DNA of 64,000 nt from Mustelus asterias (GCF_964213995.1 NC_135808.1:34224001-34288000), one strand, 5' to 3'; positions 13,096 through 25,944 are shown, counted from the stretch's first letter. Program-made: numbers and translations. The notes: generated from the sequence alone by a model not told the origin.

Positions 13096-13445
13096 GGGCG
13101 GCACGGTAGCACAGTGGTTAGCACTGCTGCTTCACAGCTCCAGGGTCCCGGGTTCGATTCCCGGCTTGGGTCACTGTCTGTGTGGAGTTTGCACATTCTC
13201 CTCGTGTCTGCATGGGTTTCCTACGGGTGCTCCGGTTTCCTCCCACAGTCCAAAGATGTGCGGGTTAGGTTGATTGGCCATGCTAAAATTGCCCTCAGTG
13301 TCCTGGGATGCGTAGGTTAGAGGGATTAGTGGGTAAAATATGTTGGGATATGGGGGTAGGGTCTGGGTGGGATTGTGGTCGGTGCAGACTCGATGGGCCA
13401 AATGGCCTCTTTCTGTGCTGTAGGGTTTCTAAGATTCTAAGATTC
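13096..13445 (+). mobile_element. HE1-type V-SINE, full length
   Basis: A box tagcacagtgg, B box ggttcgattcc, V domain, CR1-like tail gggccaaatggcct...(gattctaa)n. Confidence 0.9.
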
Positions 13446-14116
13446 ACCTGGTGAACACCACTTAATACAGTGGTGATCAGAGGCCATTGAAGCCCCTGGA
13501 TGGTTAGGGACATGGCCGGGCAGTGCTCTTTGGGCATTAACAGCCTGGCAGTGCCCACCAGGCACTATAACTGTACCAGGGGCAGTGCCAAGGGGGTGGG
13601 GCTATGGCAGGGGGGGATGCTGTGGAGGGTGTTGTGATGGGGGACACATCGGGAGGGTCCTCATGCCCCGATGTTGGTGTGGAGGGGGGGTGGGGTTACA
13701 CGCCACTGATGATGGTGGGGGGATTCCAATATCCGTGCCAGGGTGGTGGGGGAGGGGAGGGGAGGGGGGTGCAGTGGGGTACAGTTAGCAGTGCACTGGG
13801 AGATTGAAGCGCTTTGCACAGTGGTGCCCAAGTGCTCTGAAACCGCTTTCACCGGCGTACATAGACTCCCCCACCCAATCCCCCACCCAATCCCCCCCCA
13901 CCAGCGCCAAGCTCCCTAGTGTAAAAAAAAAGTGGGAAGATTGCAGTGCCAAACTCACTGAAAAAAAACGGAGTGATTCACTCCTGTTTTCAGACTTTTA
14001 CAGCACTGATGAGAATTTCTTTAAGAGAGTGATTTAATGGAGCTGAATGAAACCTAGGCAGAGAGGTAATTGGTAGAATGACCAGGGAGACTTTTGAAAG
14101 GCTAAAAACATGATTT

Positions 14117-14535
14117 TGTGATTTGATTTATTATTGTCACATGTATTAACATACAGTGAAAAGTATTGTTTTTTGTGCACTATACAGACAAATCATACTG
14201 TTCATAGAGAAGGAAAGGAGAGAGTGCAGAATGTAGTGTCACAATCATAGCTAGGATGTAGAGAAAGATCAACTTACTGCGAGGTAGGTCCATTCAAAAG
14301 TCTGATGGCAACAGGGAAGAAGCTGTTCTTGAGTCGGTTGGTACGTGACCTCAGACTTTTGTATCCTTTTCCCGACGGAGGAAGGTGGAAGAGAGTATGT
14401 ACAGACAGTGTGGGATCCTTGATTATGCTGTCTGCTTTGCCGAGGCAGCGGGAAGTGTAGGTAGAGTCAATGGATGGGAGGCTGGTTTGTGTGATGGATT
14501 GGGCTTCATTCACAACCTTTTGTAGTTTCTTGAAC
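14117..14535 (-). mobile_element. Rex1/Babar-type LINE 3' fragment
   Basis: AQSITQTSLPSIDS.YTSRCLGKA..IIKDP..RLKNSFFP.A.RLLN, homologous to 34680-34910. Tail (gattt)n. Confidence 0.85.
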
Positions 14536-15997
14536 TGTTTCAGAAAGTACTAAAACTTTCAGCACAGTGAAGGACATTAGAAGTCAGTGAAAGCAGCTTG
14601 TGTGGAATGGGATGTACTTCTTTATTCCACCCCTCCCATCCTCATTGTTTATTTGATTCCAAGGATTGAAATCAGTTCTAATGAAAGCTCATTGACCTGA
14701 AACATTGTTTCTCTCTCCCCAGATCCTGCCAGACATGCTGAGTGTTTCCTGCATTTTCTGTTTTATATCACATGCCCAGCATCGGCACTGTTTGACCTTT
14801 GATTCATCTGGGGATAGCAGCAACCAGCCAGCAGTGTGTGGAGTGGGGAACAGGTGTAGGGGAGATAGTATGGAGTGGAGCAGGAATGGCTGATTATGCT
14901 TATCCCCATGGAGGCGATAGGGGTGGGGATAATTGCCTGCAGCATCACTGAAACCAGAGATATGTTCCTGCATAATGCACTTCTCAAAACTCACTTCACC
15001 CTCATCTGAAAGTCACTGTCCTTCCATTTGCAACCACTGAGGTAGGATTGTTTCAGAGCTCCAGTCAGGAAAAGACACATACAAGACAGACACTAATGAC
15101 AATGAGTTGAGTATTACACAGAATGTTGAATGTGCTATTGGATAAAGTTGAATGGGTTTTTTGTTGGTTCAGTATCTATAATTTCAGGATTGTGCCAAGA
15201 GCAATTTGTGATGGTCTATAGCAGAGAGATGCTAAAAGCATGAGTTAACAGTGGTCTGCTGGTTCTTTCTGGGGAAAGATTTAGCAGACTGCTGTCCGAA
15301 TCATCACGAGCTGGACAGAAAGGTTGACAGGCCAGCAAAATGTCTGTGCACTTATGGTGGAAATTTCCAGTCCCACAGCAGGCGGGACCAGAAAATCCCA
15401 GTGTGAATGTCTGCTCTCTGACAACCTGTCTGGACTTCCAATATATGAGCTGTCTTCTCCCACGGTGGTCACTGAAGACCTGGTGTCGATGGCCAGGTTG
15501 TAGAACATGTAACAGCCAGTCACATAATAGTCTGATGTATACTGGAAGGCTTCATCTGAGTGGTACAGGCAACAATATCATCATTTCAGAATGTCAATGG
15601 TCTGCTCTCTAACATTCCTCATTACCTTATGAATGTCATTGTAGGAGCACTGTTCACATGAGGTTGGCTTGTGGAGGGCACGTATCAGCCATGTGTGCAG
15701 TGGATACGCCTAGTTGTCAAGCAGCCACTGATGCTTGGCATCAATGGCTCCAGCTGCTGACTGGTGCAGATGGGAGAAAAAATATTTGCTTTGCAAGGAT
15801 CAAATGTATTCACCACAAGATATTCAGGATCTGGTCACACGCCAGCTTACTCGCAGTAAGTGGTTCCCTTGTCATTTCAGTACAATTTCCCACTGAGAAC
15901 CGCTGCCTGCACAGACACCACACTCAATCGATGGTCTCCTGCACCATGAGGAAGCTCAGTGCCTTGGAAAAGTTACCTGCCTGCTTCACTCTGCTTA

Positions 15998-16145
15998 AAG
16001 TAAGAAGTCTCACAACAGGTTAAAGTCCAACAGGTTTATTTGGAATCACGAGCTTGTGCTACCAAATAAACCTGTTGGACTTTAACCTCGTGTTGTGAGA
16101 CTTCTTACTGTGCCCACCCAGTCCAACGCCGACATCTCCACATCA
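15998..16145 (+). mobile_element. Penelope-derived fold-back mini-element (~148 bp)
   Basis: Inverted arms agtaagaagtctcacaac..ttattt / aaataaac..gagacttcttact plus tail. Direct repeat tcactctgctta at 15986-15997 / 16143-16154. Confidence 0.85.
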
Positions 16146-16750
16146 CTCTGCTTAGAGAGGAGGCAATGAAATCTCCTTCGTGTACAGGGTGTCACAGAAA
16201 GAATCTACCTGTCCATAAACAGAAAGCTCCTTTTTTAATCCTGATTTCCCCCTTTATAAATGGTAGCGTATTTTCCCAAACCTTAAATTTAGAATGTTCC
16301 AGTCCCCTATTAATAATTCATACAACAAACCTGAGGTAAGATGAAAACAAAGGGTTGATTTATTTTTACACACACACATCCAAGGCATTTCCCAATGTCC
16401 ACCCCTTTACAATAAATGGGTAATAAGGAAAAAGGAAGAGGGTTCCAGGGCACAACCACAATATAAATACAAGTATAAGTTTTATATGTGCCCAGGATCA
16501 CAAGTCAACTGGGACGTTCCTTTCAAGGGGAGAGTGGCTGATTATAGAATGCTTCAATTTCAGGGGTGAGACTTGTACAATAGGAGAAGGCACCTAGAAT
16601 GAGTTAGCTTGGAGGCACGAGTTTGGAGGTTCCAGCAGTTGGCAGGTTTGATGAGGATCTGAGGGCTCTCTGCTGCCACCAGCCTGAGGGTAAACAGCAC
16701 AGGCTGTTGTCTGGAGTTCTGTTCACATTGAGCCAACAGAGAGATCTGTG

Positions 16751-18975
16751 GTGCAGCAACCGAAGAGGAAAGACTTGAATTGGACTCCTCTGGAAGGCCA
16801 CTGCCCTCGGCTTGACATGTACGCCCAAGCCGTCAGGAGGTGCATCAATGCTAGGTTCATCAGCCGCACTCACAAGACAGCCCCGAACATCACCCAAGCA
16901 CAACGCAACGCCATCCGCGCTCTCAAGACCAACCGCAACATTGTCATCAAACCAGCAGACAAAGGAGGGGCCATCATCATACTGAATAGAACGGATTACT
17001 GCAAAGAAATGTACCGACAACTGAACAACGAGGAACACTACAGACAGTTACCCGCAGATCCGACCAAAGAACACACCCGTCAACTCACCAGACTGATCAA
17101 GACCTTTGATCTGGACTTTCAGAGCACCCTCCGTGCTCTCATCCCACGTACTCCTCGGGTTGGAGATCTCTACTGCCTCCCAAAGATACACAAGGCCAAA
17201 ACACCCGGCTGTCCCATCGTATCAGGCAATGGGACCCTGTGCGAGAACCTCTGCGGCTATGTTGAGGGCATCTTGAAACCTATTGTACAAAGAACCCTCA
17301 GCTTCTGTCGTGACACTACGGACTTCTTACAGAAACTCAGCACCCATGGAGCAGTTGAACCAGGAGCACTCCTCGTCACAATGGATGTCTCAGCACTCTA
17401 CACCAGCATCCCCCACGACGACGGCATTGCTGCAACTGCCTCAGTACTCAACGCTGCCAACTGCCAATCTCCAGATGCAATTCTACAACTCATCCGCTTC
17501 ATCCTGGGCTACAACATCTTCACCTTCAACAACCAGTTCTTCATCCAGACACATGGAACAGCCATGGGGACCAAATTCGCACTTCAATATGCCAACATCT
17601 TCATGAACAGCTTCGAACAAGACCTCTTCAACCGATGCTATACACTGGATACATCGATGACATTTTCTTCCTTTGGACTCACAGCAAACAATCACTGAAA
17701 CAACTATATGATGACATCAACAAGTTCCATCCCACCATCAAACTCACCATGGACCACTCTCCAGAATCGGTTGTATTCTTGGACACACACATCTCCATCA
17801 AGGACGGTCACCTCAGCACTTCACTGTACCGCAAGCCCACGGATAACCTCACGATGTCCACTTCTCCAGCATCCACCCTAAACACATGAAAGAAGCCATC
17901 CCCTACGGACAAGCTCTCCCTATACACAGGATCTGCTCAGGTGAGGAGGATCGCAACAGATGCTGAAAGATGCCCTCATAAGAACAGGATATGGTGCTCG
18001 ACTCATTGATCGACAGTTCCGACACACCACAGCGAAAATCTGCACCGACCTTCTCAGAAGACAAACACGGGACACAGCGGACAGAGTACCCTTTGTTGTC
18101 CAGTACCTCCCCGGAGAGAAGAAGCTACGACATCTTCTCCGGAGCCTTCAACATGTCATCAATGAAGATGAACATCTTGCCAAGACCATCCCCACACCCC
18201 CACTACTTGCCTTCAAACAACCGCACAGCAACTTCAGACCATTGTCTGCAGCAAACTACCTTGCCTTCAGGAGAACAGTGACCACAACACCACACAACCC
18301 TGCCACAGTAACTTCTGCAAGACGTGCTGGATCATCGACATGGATGCCATCATCTCATGTGAGAACACCATCCACCAGGTACACGGTACATACTCTTGCA
18401 ATTCAGCCAACCTGATATGCTTCAGGAAAGGATGACCCGAGGCATGGTACATTGGGGAGACCATGCAGACGCTATGACAATGGATGAATGGACAACGCTC
18501 GACCATCACCAGGCAAGAGTGTTCCCTTCCTGTTGGGGAACACTTCAGCGGTCACGGGCATTCGGCCTCTGATCTTTGGGTAAGTGTTCTCCAAGGCGGC
18601 CTTCAAGACACACGACAACGCAGAATCGCCGAGCCGAAACTAATAGCCAAGTTCCGCACACATGAGGACGGCCTCAACCGGGATCTTGGGTTCATGTCAC
18701 ACTATCTGTAATCCTCATAACTTGCCTGGGCTTGCAAAATCTCACTAATTGGCCTGGCTTGAGACAATTCACTCCTCTTTAACCTGTGCTTAACCCTCTC
18801 TCCACTCGCATTGTCTGCACAAGACTTAATTACCTATAAAGACTCGCATTCCAACCATTATCTTGTAAATTGAGTTTGTGTCTATATATGCCCTGTTTGT
18901 GAACCAAACTCTTCACTCACCTGATGAAGGAGCGGTGCTCTGAAAGCTTGTGCTACCAAATTAATCTGGTGTTGT
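16751..18975 (+). mobile_element. Penelope-like retroelement (RT + GIY-YIG endonuclease), 5'-truncated and frameshifted, with pLTR
   Basis: IKPADKGGA, LPKIHK, MDVSALYTSIP, GTAMG, YIDDIF, FLD..I, LYRKPT, then C..C..C and YIGET..GLNRD. 3' UTR is homologous to 5960-6260. Confidence 0.95.
18914..18952 (+). ncRNA. Minimal hammerhead ribozyme motif
   Basis: cac-CTGATGA-a-ggagc[ggt]gctct-GAAA-gcTT-gtg. Confidence 0.65.
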
Positions 18976-21097
18976 GTGCACATTGAGAAGTCAGACAGGA
19001 ACTGCTGGAGTTCCCACAGATGTTATCACAGTACAGCTGTCGGGGGATGTCATGTGGCCCCCTCCTCAATGTTGGACTCAGTATGTGTATTCCCGAGGTT
19101 GGAATCTAGGCATTTAATTGGAATCATGATCCCTTTGCTTTTGGAGACACTGTATCAGGTTAACTAACTGCTGCTCCCTTTGTTGAACTCCTGGTGTTAG
19201 GTCTGATAATGCTTTAGCCATTAGCACTATAATGAGCGATTACAACTTGCAAAGGTTTTCCTTTGTGTTGAGTTAGTTGGACCAGACTCCTTGTTCCATG
19301 GCCATTGTTACCATGAAACTGCTGCAAGGCATCAGGTGACTGGCTGAACCATTTGTTAGCTCAGCAATCCTCCATTTTTAACAGCACAGAAAAAAATGAT
19401 TTTATAAAATAAGTTGATGAATAAGTATATATATATAATTTTTTCCCATCATGTCTCAAACATGACAAGAGCCTCTGTGACCCCCCTGGATGTAGCATGG
19501 ATGGTAAGTCACAAGGTGTTGACAATATCACCTGTATCATTCAAGGATCCGTTGGCCCAGAAACTCAGTCACAGTCATCTTAACAACTACTTGGCAGCCC
19601 TGCCCTCAACACATTCTGAATCTGCAAACCTAGTTCCAGTAAGTACCCAGTGAAGTACAGCCACCAAACACACTGTTCCTGGTTAAGGTGTAGCTGGGAG
19701 AGTAGCTTCCTGAAGACCCTCAATGGGTTGGGTCTTCTGGTTAAAGCCCCCCACCTCCTCTCTCCGAGAGCAGATGTCTTCTCTCCATCCCCCTCTGATC
19801 CTGCAGCTTAATCAGAGCTGAAAACAAAGACTGGGAGCAAACCGTGATTCTCAACGGCTTTTTAGAAGCATGGGACTCACTCCGAACATCCAGTACCATT
19901 CCTTCTGGTTTGAACAATATAACGTGATTAACAGAGGGCGATAACAGGAGCACTCAGTCCAAAATGGTAGATTGGGCAATAAATCAGTGTCACACACTGT
20001 GACTGATATCATGACCTATCCACTCTGCACACCCGTCCTCCATAATATGGCAATTGATGTGGGCTATACTATAGGTAGTTCAGAACCACTCTCCTGCCCC
20101 CTGCCACCTTTACCCCAACCAGATCCTGTATAACAAAGCCACCAGCACAACAGCTGGATTTTGCAGCCATTTCTCTCTCCAATTAAATTAATAGAAGGAC
20201 ATGTGATGTGGTGTAAAACAGCCCACCCTTCACTATTAAGGCATTTACACTCCTTGGTGGACCAATTTCATAAAGCAAAATACTGTGGAGCTGGAATCTG
20301 AAACATAAACAGAAAATGTTGGAAAATCTCTCAGGTCTGACAGCATCAGTGGAGACAGAATAAAGCCACCGTTCGATCTGGATGGCCCTTTGTCAGAGCT
20401 AAGAGTAAAGAAAAACAGGAGAGATTTATACTATGAATACTATGAAGCTGGCCGGTGCGGAGGGGGGTAGCTGTAATTGGACAAAGGGAATGTAAATGAA
20501 GACAGCTGAGAAAGGAGCTAACAGTGTCCATGAAGTGATCAGAATGTGTGAGGAGCAAAACACTTGCCCTGAAGGGGAAGGGGTCGGATAGAGAGCTGGA
20601 ATGGAGAAATGGAAAAAGGAAGTGAGAAAGAAGGATGATAAAAATGAATGAATGAGATGAAAAGAAAAACAAAATGAAATAAAATAAATGGAAACGGGGT
20701 GGAGGTGGAAGAGAGAGTTCATGCTCTGAAGTTGTTGAGACCGAATTTCACCCTCACTGTAACTGGGTGAATGTGAGAATGTAAATCTCTCTCCTGCAGG
20801 GGGAGACATTGTAAAGTTTATCACAGGCTGGAATTGAAATATACTCCATGGATTTGGATTAAACACTTGTCCCAGTTAAAGCAGATCCTCAGTCAGGCTA
20901 CGCTCAGGTTTAGCTGATGGGCTAATCTGAACTCTATATTTATACAGCAATTCAGGGCTAGTTCAGGTGTAACCAAGATGTGGAGCTGCTGGCGTTGGAC
21001 TGGACACTTTCAAGTGTAACCAGTTACTTAGGCAGATTCCCATTCTGTAACAGAGACACCCAGCTTCCCCAGACACAAGCTGCAGGAAGACACTGCT

Positions 21098-22908
21098 TTC
21101 TACAAATATGTCAAGAGTAAAAGGATGAGATGTGAAGGCATAGGACCCTTAAAAGGTGAAGGGGGAAAAGTTTGTGCGGAACCGTTAGAAATGGCGGAGC
21201 TGCTTAATGAATACTTTACCTCGGTATTCACGGTGGAAAGGGATCTGGGTGGTTGTACTGCTGGTTTGCGGTGGACAGAAAGGATCGAGCATGTGGACAT
21301 AAAGAAAGAGGATGTGTTGGAACTATTGAATGGCATCAAGGTTGGTAAGTCGCCGGGACCGGATGGGATGTACCCCAGGTTACTGTGGGAGGCGAGGGAG
21401 GAGATTGCGGAGCCTTTGGCGATGATCTTTGCATCGTCGATGGAGACGGGAGAGGTTCCGGAGGATTGGAGGATTGCAGATGTGGTCCCTATATTCAAGA
21501 AAGGGAACAGGGACAGCCCGGGAAATTACCGACCGGTGAGTCTAACCTCAGTGGTTGGTAAGTTGATGGAGAGGATCCTGAGAGACAGGATTTATGATCA
21601 TCTAGAGAAGTTTAGTATGATCAAAAGTAGTCAGCACGGCTTTGTCAAGGGCAGGTCGTGCCTTACGAGCCTGGTTGAGTTCTTTGAAAATGTGACCAAA
21701 CACATTGACGAAGGAAGAGCGGTGGATGTGGTCTATATGGACTTCAGCAAGGCGTTCGATAAGGTCCCCCATGCAAGACTTCTTGAGAAAGTGAGAGGGC
21801 ATGGGATCCAAGGGGCTGTTGCCTTGTGGATCCAGAACTGGCTTGCCTGCAGAAGGCAGAGAGTGGCTGTGGAGGGGTCTTTCTCTGCATGGAGGTCAGT
21901 GACCAGTGGAGTGCCCCAGGGATCTGTTCTGGGACCCTTGCTGTTTGTCATTTTCATAAATGACCTGGATGAGGAAGTGGAGGGATGGGTTGGTAAGTTT
22001 GCTGACGACACCAAGGTAGGTGGTGTTGTGGATAGTTTGGAGGGATGTCAGAAGTTGCAGCGAGACATAGATAGAATGCAAGACTGGGCGGAGAAGTGGC
22101 AGATGGACTTCAACCCGGATAAGTGTGTGGTGATCCATTTTGGCAGATCTAATGGGATGAAGCAGCAGTATAATATGAAGGGTACCATTCTTAGCAGTGT
22201 AGAGGATCAGAAGGACCTTGGGGTCCGGGTCCATAGGACTCTTAAATCGGCCTCGCAGGTGGAGGATGCGGTCAAGAAGGCGTACGGCGTACTGGCCTTC
22301 ATTAATCGAGGGATTGAGTTTAGGAGTCGGGAGATAATGCTGCAGCTTTATAGGACCCTGGTTAGACCCCACTTGGAGTACTGCGCGCAGTTCTGGTCAC
22401 CTCATTACAGGAAAGATGTTGAAGCCATTGAAAGGGTGCAGAGGAGATTTACAAGGATGTTGCCTGGATTGGGGGGCATGCCTTATGAGGATAGGTTGAG
22501 GGAGCTTGGTCTCTTCTCCCTGGAGAGACGAAGGATGAGAGGTGACCTGATAGAGGTTTATAAGATGTTGAGAGGTCTGGATAGGGTAGACTCTCAGAGG
22601 CTATTTCCAAGGGCTGAAATGGTTGCTACGAGAGGACACAGGTTTAAGGTGCTGGGGGGTAGGTACAGAGGAGATGTCAGGGGTAAGTTTTTCACTCAGA
22701 GGGTGGTGGGTGAGTGGAATCGGCTGACGTCGGTGGTGGTGGAGGCAAACTCGTTGGGGTCTTTTAAGAGACTTCTGGATGAGTACATGGGATTTAATGG
22801 GATTGAGGGCTATAGATAGGCCTAGAGGTGGGGATGTGATCGGCGCAACTTGTGGGCCGAAGGGCCTGTTTGTGCTGTGGCTTTCTATGTTCTATGTTCT
22901 ATGTTCTA
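21098..22908 (+). mobile_element. CR1 LINE, 5'-truncated, with an uninterrupted RT frame (564 aa) and (ttctatg)n tail
   Basis: ORF 21125-22819 carries all CR1 RT motifs and has no stops. Tail at 22883-22908. Confidence 0.95.
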
Positions 22909-23865
22909 TATTGAGTTGTAATAGTGTCTGAGTCTCAGTCACTCTCAGCATTCATTGAGATATTAATTAGTCATCAAATGTTGTGCAAAATGGACAATAG
23001 TTGGTGCACTTTGGTACTTACTTGACCTCTTGAGCTCAATGAAAAAGGAGATGGGATAGTGTGTAAACAGGCTACTGATTTACTATTGTTCATTTAAATT
23101 CCCACCCGCGGCAGATTTCTACATGTTTACTATCCGCAATCTCGCCCAGCTGGTGAGATCAAGCTAGTTTACTGACATCCCTCTGCCAATAATGAGAATC
23201 AAAATCATTCTGATTCTTCCAACCCACCACTTGTACAAACACAGTCACATTAAAATAGGTTTTATAATTTCTCAATCCATTGTTGGATGATTAATTGTTG
23301 GATGTACAGGGGTTAGAGTGGGTTAGACAGATACCAATCATCTGTATCGTGGATGGGGATTCAGATCCAACCCTGTCCAATAGGCAGAAAGTTTGTTCAG
23401 TCTGTTAGTTTTCAGAGTCTATTCCAGATGAACATTCTGAACCCAACTCTCACAACATGAAAAACATTCCCGTTCAGTGTTAGTGACAATCTCAGCTCAA
23501 TCCAAACAGAGTAAAGACTTTCTGATTAAAGCTCACCTTGATCTGAAATGTTAACTTTGTTTCTCCCCACAGATGCTGCCTGACCTGCCGATTATTTCCA
23601 GCATTTTTTTTATTTCAGAATAAAGGAGTTTATCTTATTATCGGAAATGGACACCAATCAGCCATTTTCCTTTTAGGACTTATCAACATTTTGGGCACAA
23701 GTTGGGGAGTGCATCCTCATTTCCAGTAGAAACTCCCTTTAGGTGAACAAGAAAAATCTAGCCCATGATTTCTGGTTTGTGAAGAAAGCATCATAAATAT
23801 ATAATCAGGGTAATTTTCCAATTTTAGACAATTTAGTCAATGCAATTTTATTCTGTATCTAACCC

Positions 23866-23971
23866 AGATGGAGTGGAAATGTGTGACAAAGGAGCAGCGC
23901 TCTGAAAGCTTATGGTATTTGCTACCAAATAAACCTGTTGGACTTTAACCTGGTGTTGTGAGACTTCTTAC
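23866..23971 (+). mobile_element. Penelope pLTR end fragment with decayed hammerhead
   Basis: ggagcagcgctctgaaagcttatgg...gagacttcttac; same subfamily as 41982-42220. Confidence 0.75.
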
Positions 23972-23985
23972 AGTGTATATGAGCA

Positions 23986-24197
23986 CAGTGTAGAGAGAGC
24001 TTTACCCTGTATCTAAATCTGTACCTGTCCTGGAGTGTTTGATGGGAACAGTGTAGAGGGAGCTTTACTCTGTATCTAACCCCATGTTGTACCTGTCCTG
24101 GGAATGTTTGATGGGGCAGTGTAGAGGGAAATTTACTCTGTAGCTAACCTTGTACTGTACCTGTCCTTTGGGTATTTGATGGGGTCAGTAGAGGGGG
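23986..24197. repeat. Tandem repeat, ~3 units of ~62-68 bp
   Basis: Unit acagtgtagagggagctttactctgtatctaacc..tgtacctgtcctggga.tgtttgatgggg. Confidence 0.85.
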
Positions 24198-24595
24198 AAT
24201 CTGATTGTTGGTAGATCCAGTGTGTGACAGTAATGGCAAGTTTTGTTGACGAGACAGGGCTAACAATAAACAATCTGCTAAACTTTCATTGCCAAGATCA
24301 AGGGGTAAATAAACATGTGTCCTTACCTTTATCTCAAGGTTTGACCTGAGTTGAGAAGGAGGGGGTTTTGGGAAGACCTGAGGACAGAGATAGTGGCTGT
24401 CAAACAAAAAAGCAAAATCCCAAAACAGAACTGCATCACTTTAAACACCTTGTGGGTTTGAGATTTTCACTGCCCTTCTCGCCTTAACCTGATTCCTCTA
24501 TCAGCAGCATCTTCTGGAGAGGGAAAAGAAGAAAATGGGAAAAATAGAGATTTCCAGATACTTGTTGGGATTCCATCCTGATCTTTATCCCAATA

Positions 24596-24940
24596 TCACA
24601 GGACGTGTCAATTATTTATTTACTTGTTGTTTAATTGAATTCTGTTATTGGGTATTAACTGGGGATTTACCTGTGCTCATAGAATATACATTGAGCAGGT
24701 AGGAGGTATATGTCTGCAATCTATAGCTCTGTATGTAAATAGTTTTATATATAGGAGCAGACTGAATGTGGTTGTTGAGATTGTAGGTAGGTACTCGATG
24801 TGTAATATGTTTCTCTGTAAATAAAAGCTTGGAAGTGTATATCTCACATGTCAGTGCAGACTTGATGGGCCGAAAGGCCTCTTCTGCACTTTGTGATTCT
24901 GTAATTAGGCTCCTCACCTCCACCTGGCTGTCTGAACCTC
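24596..24940 (+). repeat. Diverged direct repeat, copy 1 (copy 2 at 26014-26290)
   Basis: Shared blocks ctggggattta, tatacattga.caggtag, aatctatag.tctgta, aaatagttttatatatag, tgtggttgttg, tctctgtaaataaaagcttg, ccacctggc. Confidence 0.8.
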
Positions 24941-25132
24941 CTGAGGAAGGATTCTGATCAATATCGATGACAGGTCATCATGAAAGAAATCATTAACCCC
25001 GCTTCTCTCGCCACTGAGGCTGCCTGACCTTTTGAGTATTTCCAACATTTTCTGTTTTATTTCTGATAAATACTGGTACATGAAGCAGAATATATATAAA
25101 GAAAGATCACTCCCTCTACTGGCCAGTGATCC

Positions 25133-25480
25133 AGCACGGTAGCAGAACGGTTAGCACTGCTGCCTCACAGCACCATGGACAAAGGTTCGATTCCGGCCTT
25201 GGGTGACTGTCTGTGTGGAGTTTATACATTCTCCCTGTGTCTGTGTGGGTTTCCTCCGGGTGCTCTAGTTTCCTCCAAAGATGTGCAGGTTGTAGGGATT
25301 GGCCATGCTAAATTGCCCTTTAGTGTCCAAAGATGTGTGGGTTAGGTGAATTGGCAATGAAAAGTGTGTGAGGTTACCGGGATAGGACAGGGGGATGAGA
25401 CTAGATAGGATGCTCTTTCGGATAGTTGGTGTAGACTAGATGGGCCGAATGGCCTTCTGTTCTGTAGGAATTCTATTCTA
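25133..25480 (+). mobile_element. HE1-type V-SINE
   Basis: tRNA head, V domain and CR1-like tail, as at 13096. Confidence 0.85.
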
Positions 25481-25702
25481 AGGATTAGAATGGAGGTGGG
25501 TCTTTCAGCTGAGAGTATGCATGAGACATGGGGGAGAGCAGGAGGCACTGGGAACAGTAAAGCACCAACAAGAGACTGTTTAATTCAATACAAGTAAACA
25601 GATACCCCTTCACCTCCAAAAATCTTCCTCCCACTGCTAATCTTTCTCAAATAAAACAACTCAAGGATCATGCAGAGAAATTGAGAGCAGGCTGCTATTT
25701 CA

Positions 25703-25745
25703 CCCAGAAACAGCTGATGGAGGAAATCTGAATTTCTGATTGGCT
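25703..25745 (+). promoter_or_regulatory. MHC class II proximal promoter X box (CCCAGAAACAGCTG, 25703-25716) and Y box (CTGATTGG, 25736-25743)
   Basis: Fits the RFX X-box and NF-Y Y-box consensus with a 19-nt spacer, ~135 bp upstream of the ATG. Confidence 0.85.
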
Positions 25746-25877
25746 TATTAACGCTAAACCACATGTCAATCACAGAGTGATATTTCAGTGAGTGAGATAG
25801 AAACTTGACTGAATTCAGACAGTGACAGCAAACTGAGAGGAGCTGGGATCAGAATTGGGAGAAACAAGAGGATCACA

Positions 25878-25944
25878 ATGGAAGTTGGGACATACTTTAC
25901 TGTGTTGCTGCTGGTTTTGATTCATGGAGCCTGGGCTGGAGAAT
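25878..25944 (+). CDS. MHC-IIA: MHC class II alpha chain, exon 1 (signal peptide MEVGTYFTVLLLVLIHGAWAGE)
   Basis: Kozak acaATGg, hydrophobic leader with A-W-A cleavage motif, phase-1 donor T|gtgagt that joins exon 2 in frame (T+AT = Tyr). X-Y promoter upstream. Confidence 0.88.

Larger units (their letters stand above)
16190..19467 (-). repeat. Probable solo LTR split by the Penelope insertion
   Basis: Terminal TGTCA (16190) ... TGACA (19467) inverted pentamers. TTTATT (reverse polyA signal) near 16360. Confidence 0.4.

Noticed and set aside
13096-13170. tRNA gene
   Set aside because: It is the tRNA-derived head of a SINE, continuous with the V domain and tail.
23654-23695. Inverted distal X'-Y' enhancer (CCAATCAG ~2.2 kb upstream of the ATG)
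   Set aside because: The Y box is perfect, but the sequence at the X position matches the proximal X box at only ~6/14 positions.
23986-24197. CRISPR-like array
   Set aside because: Head-to-tail tandem units without unique spacers, in eukaryotic DNA.
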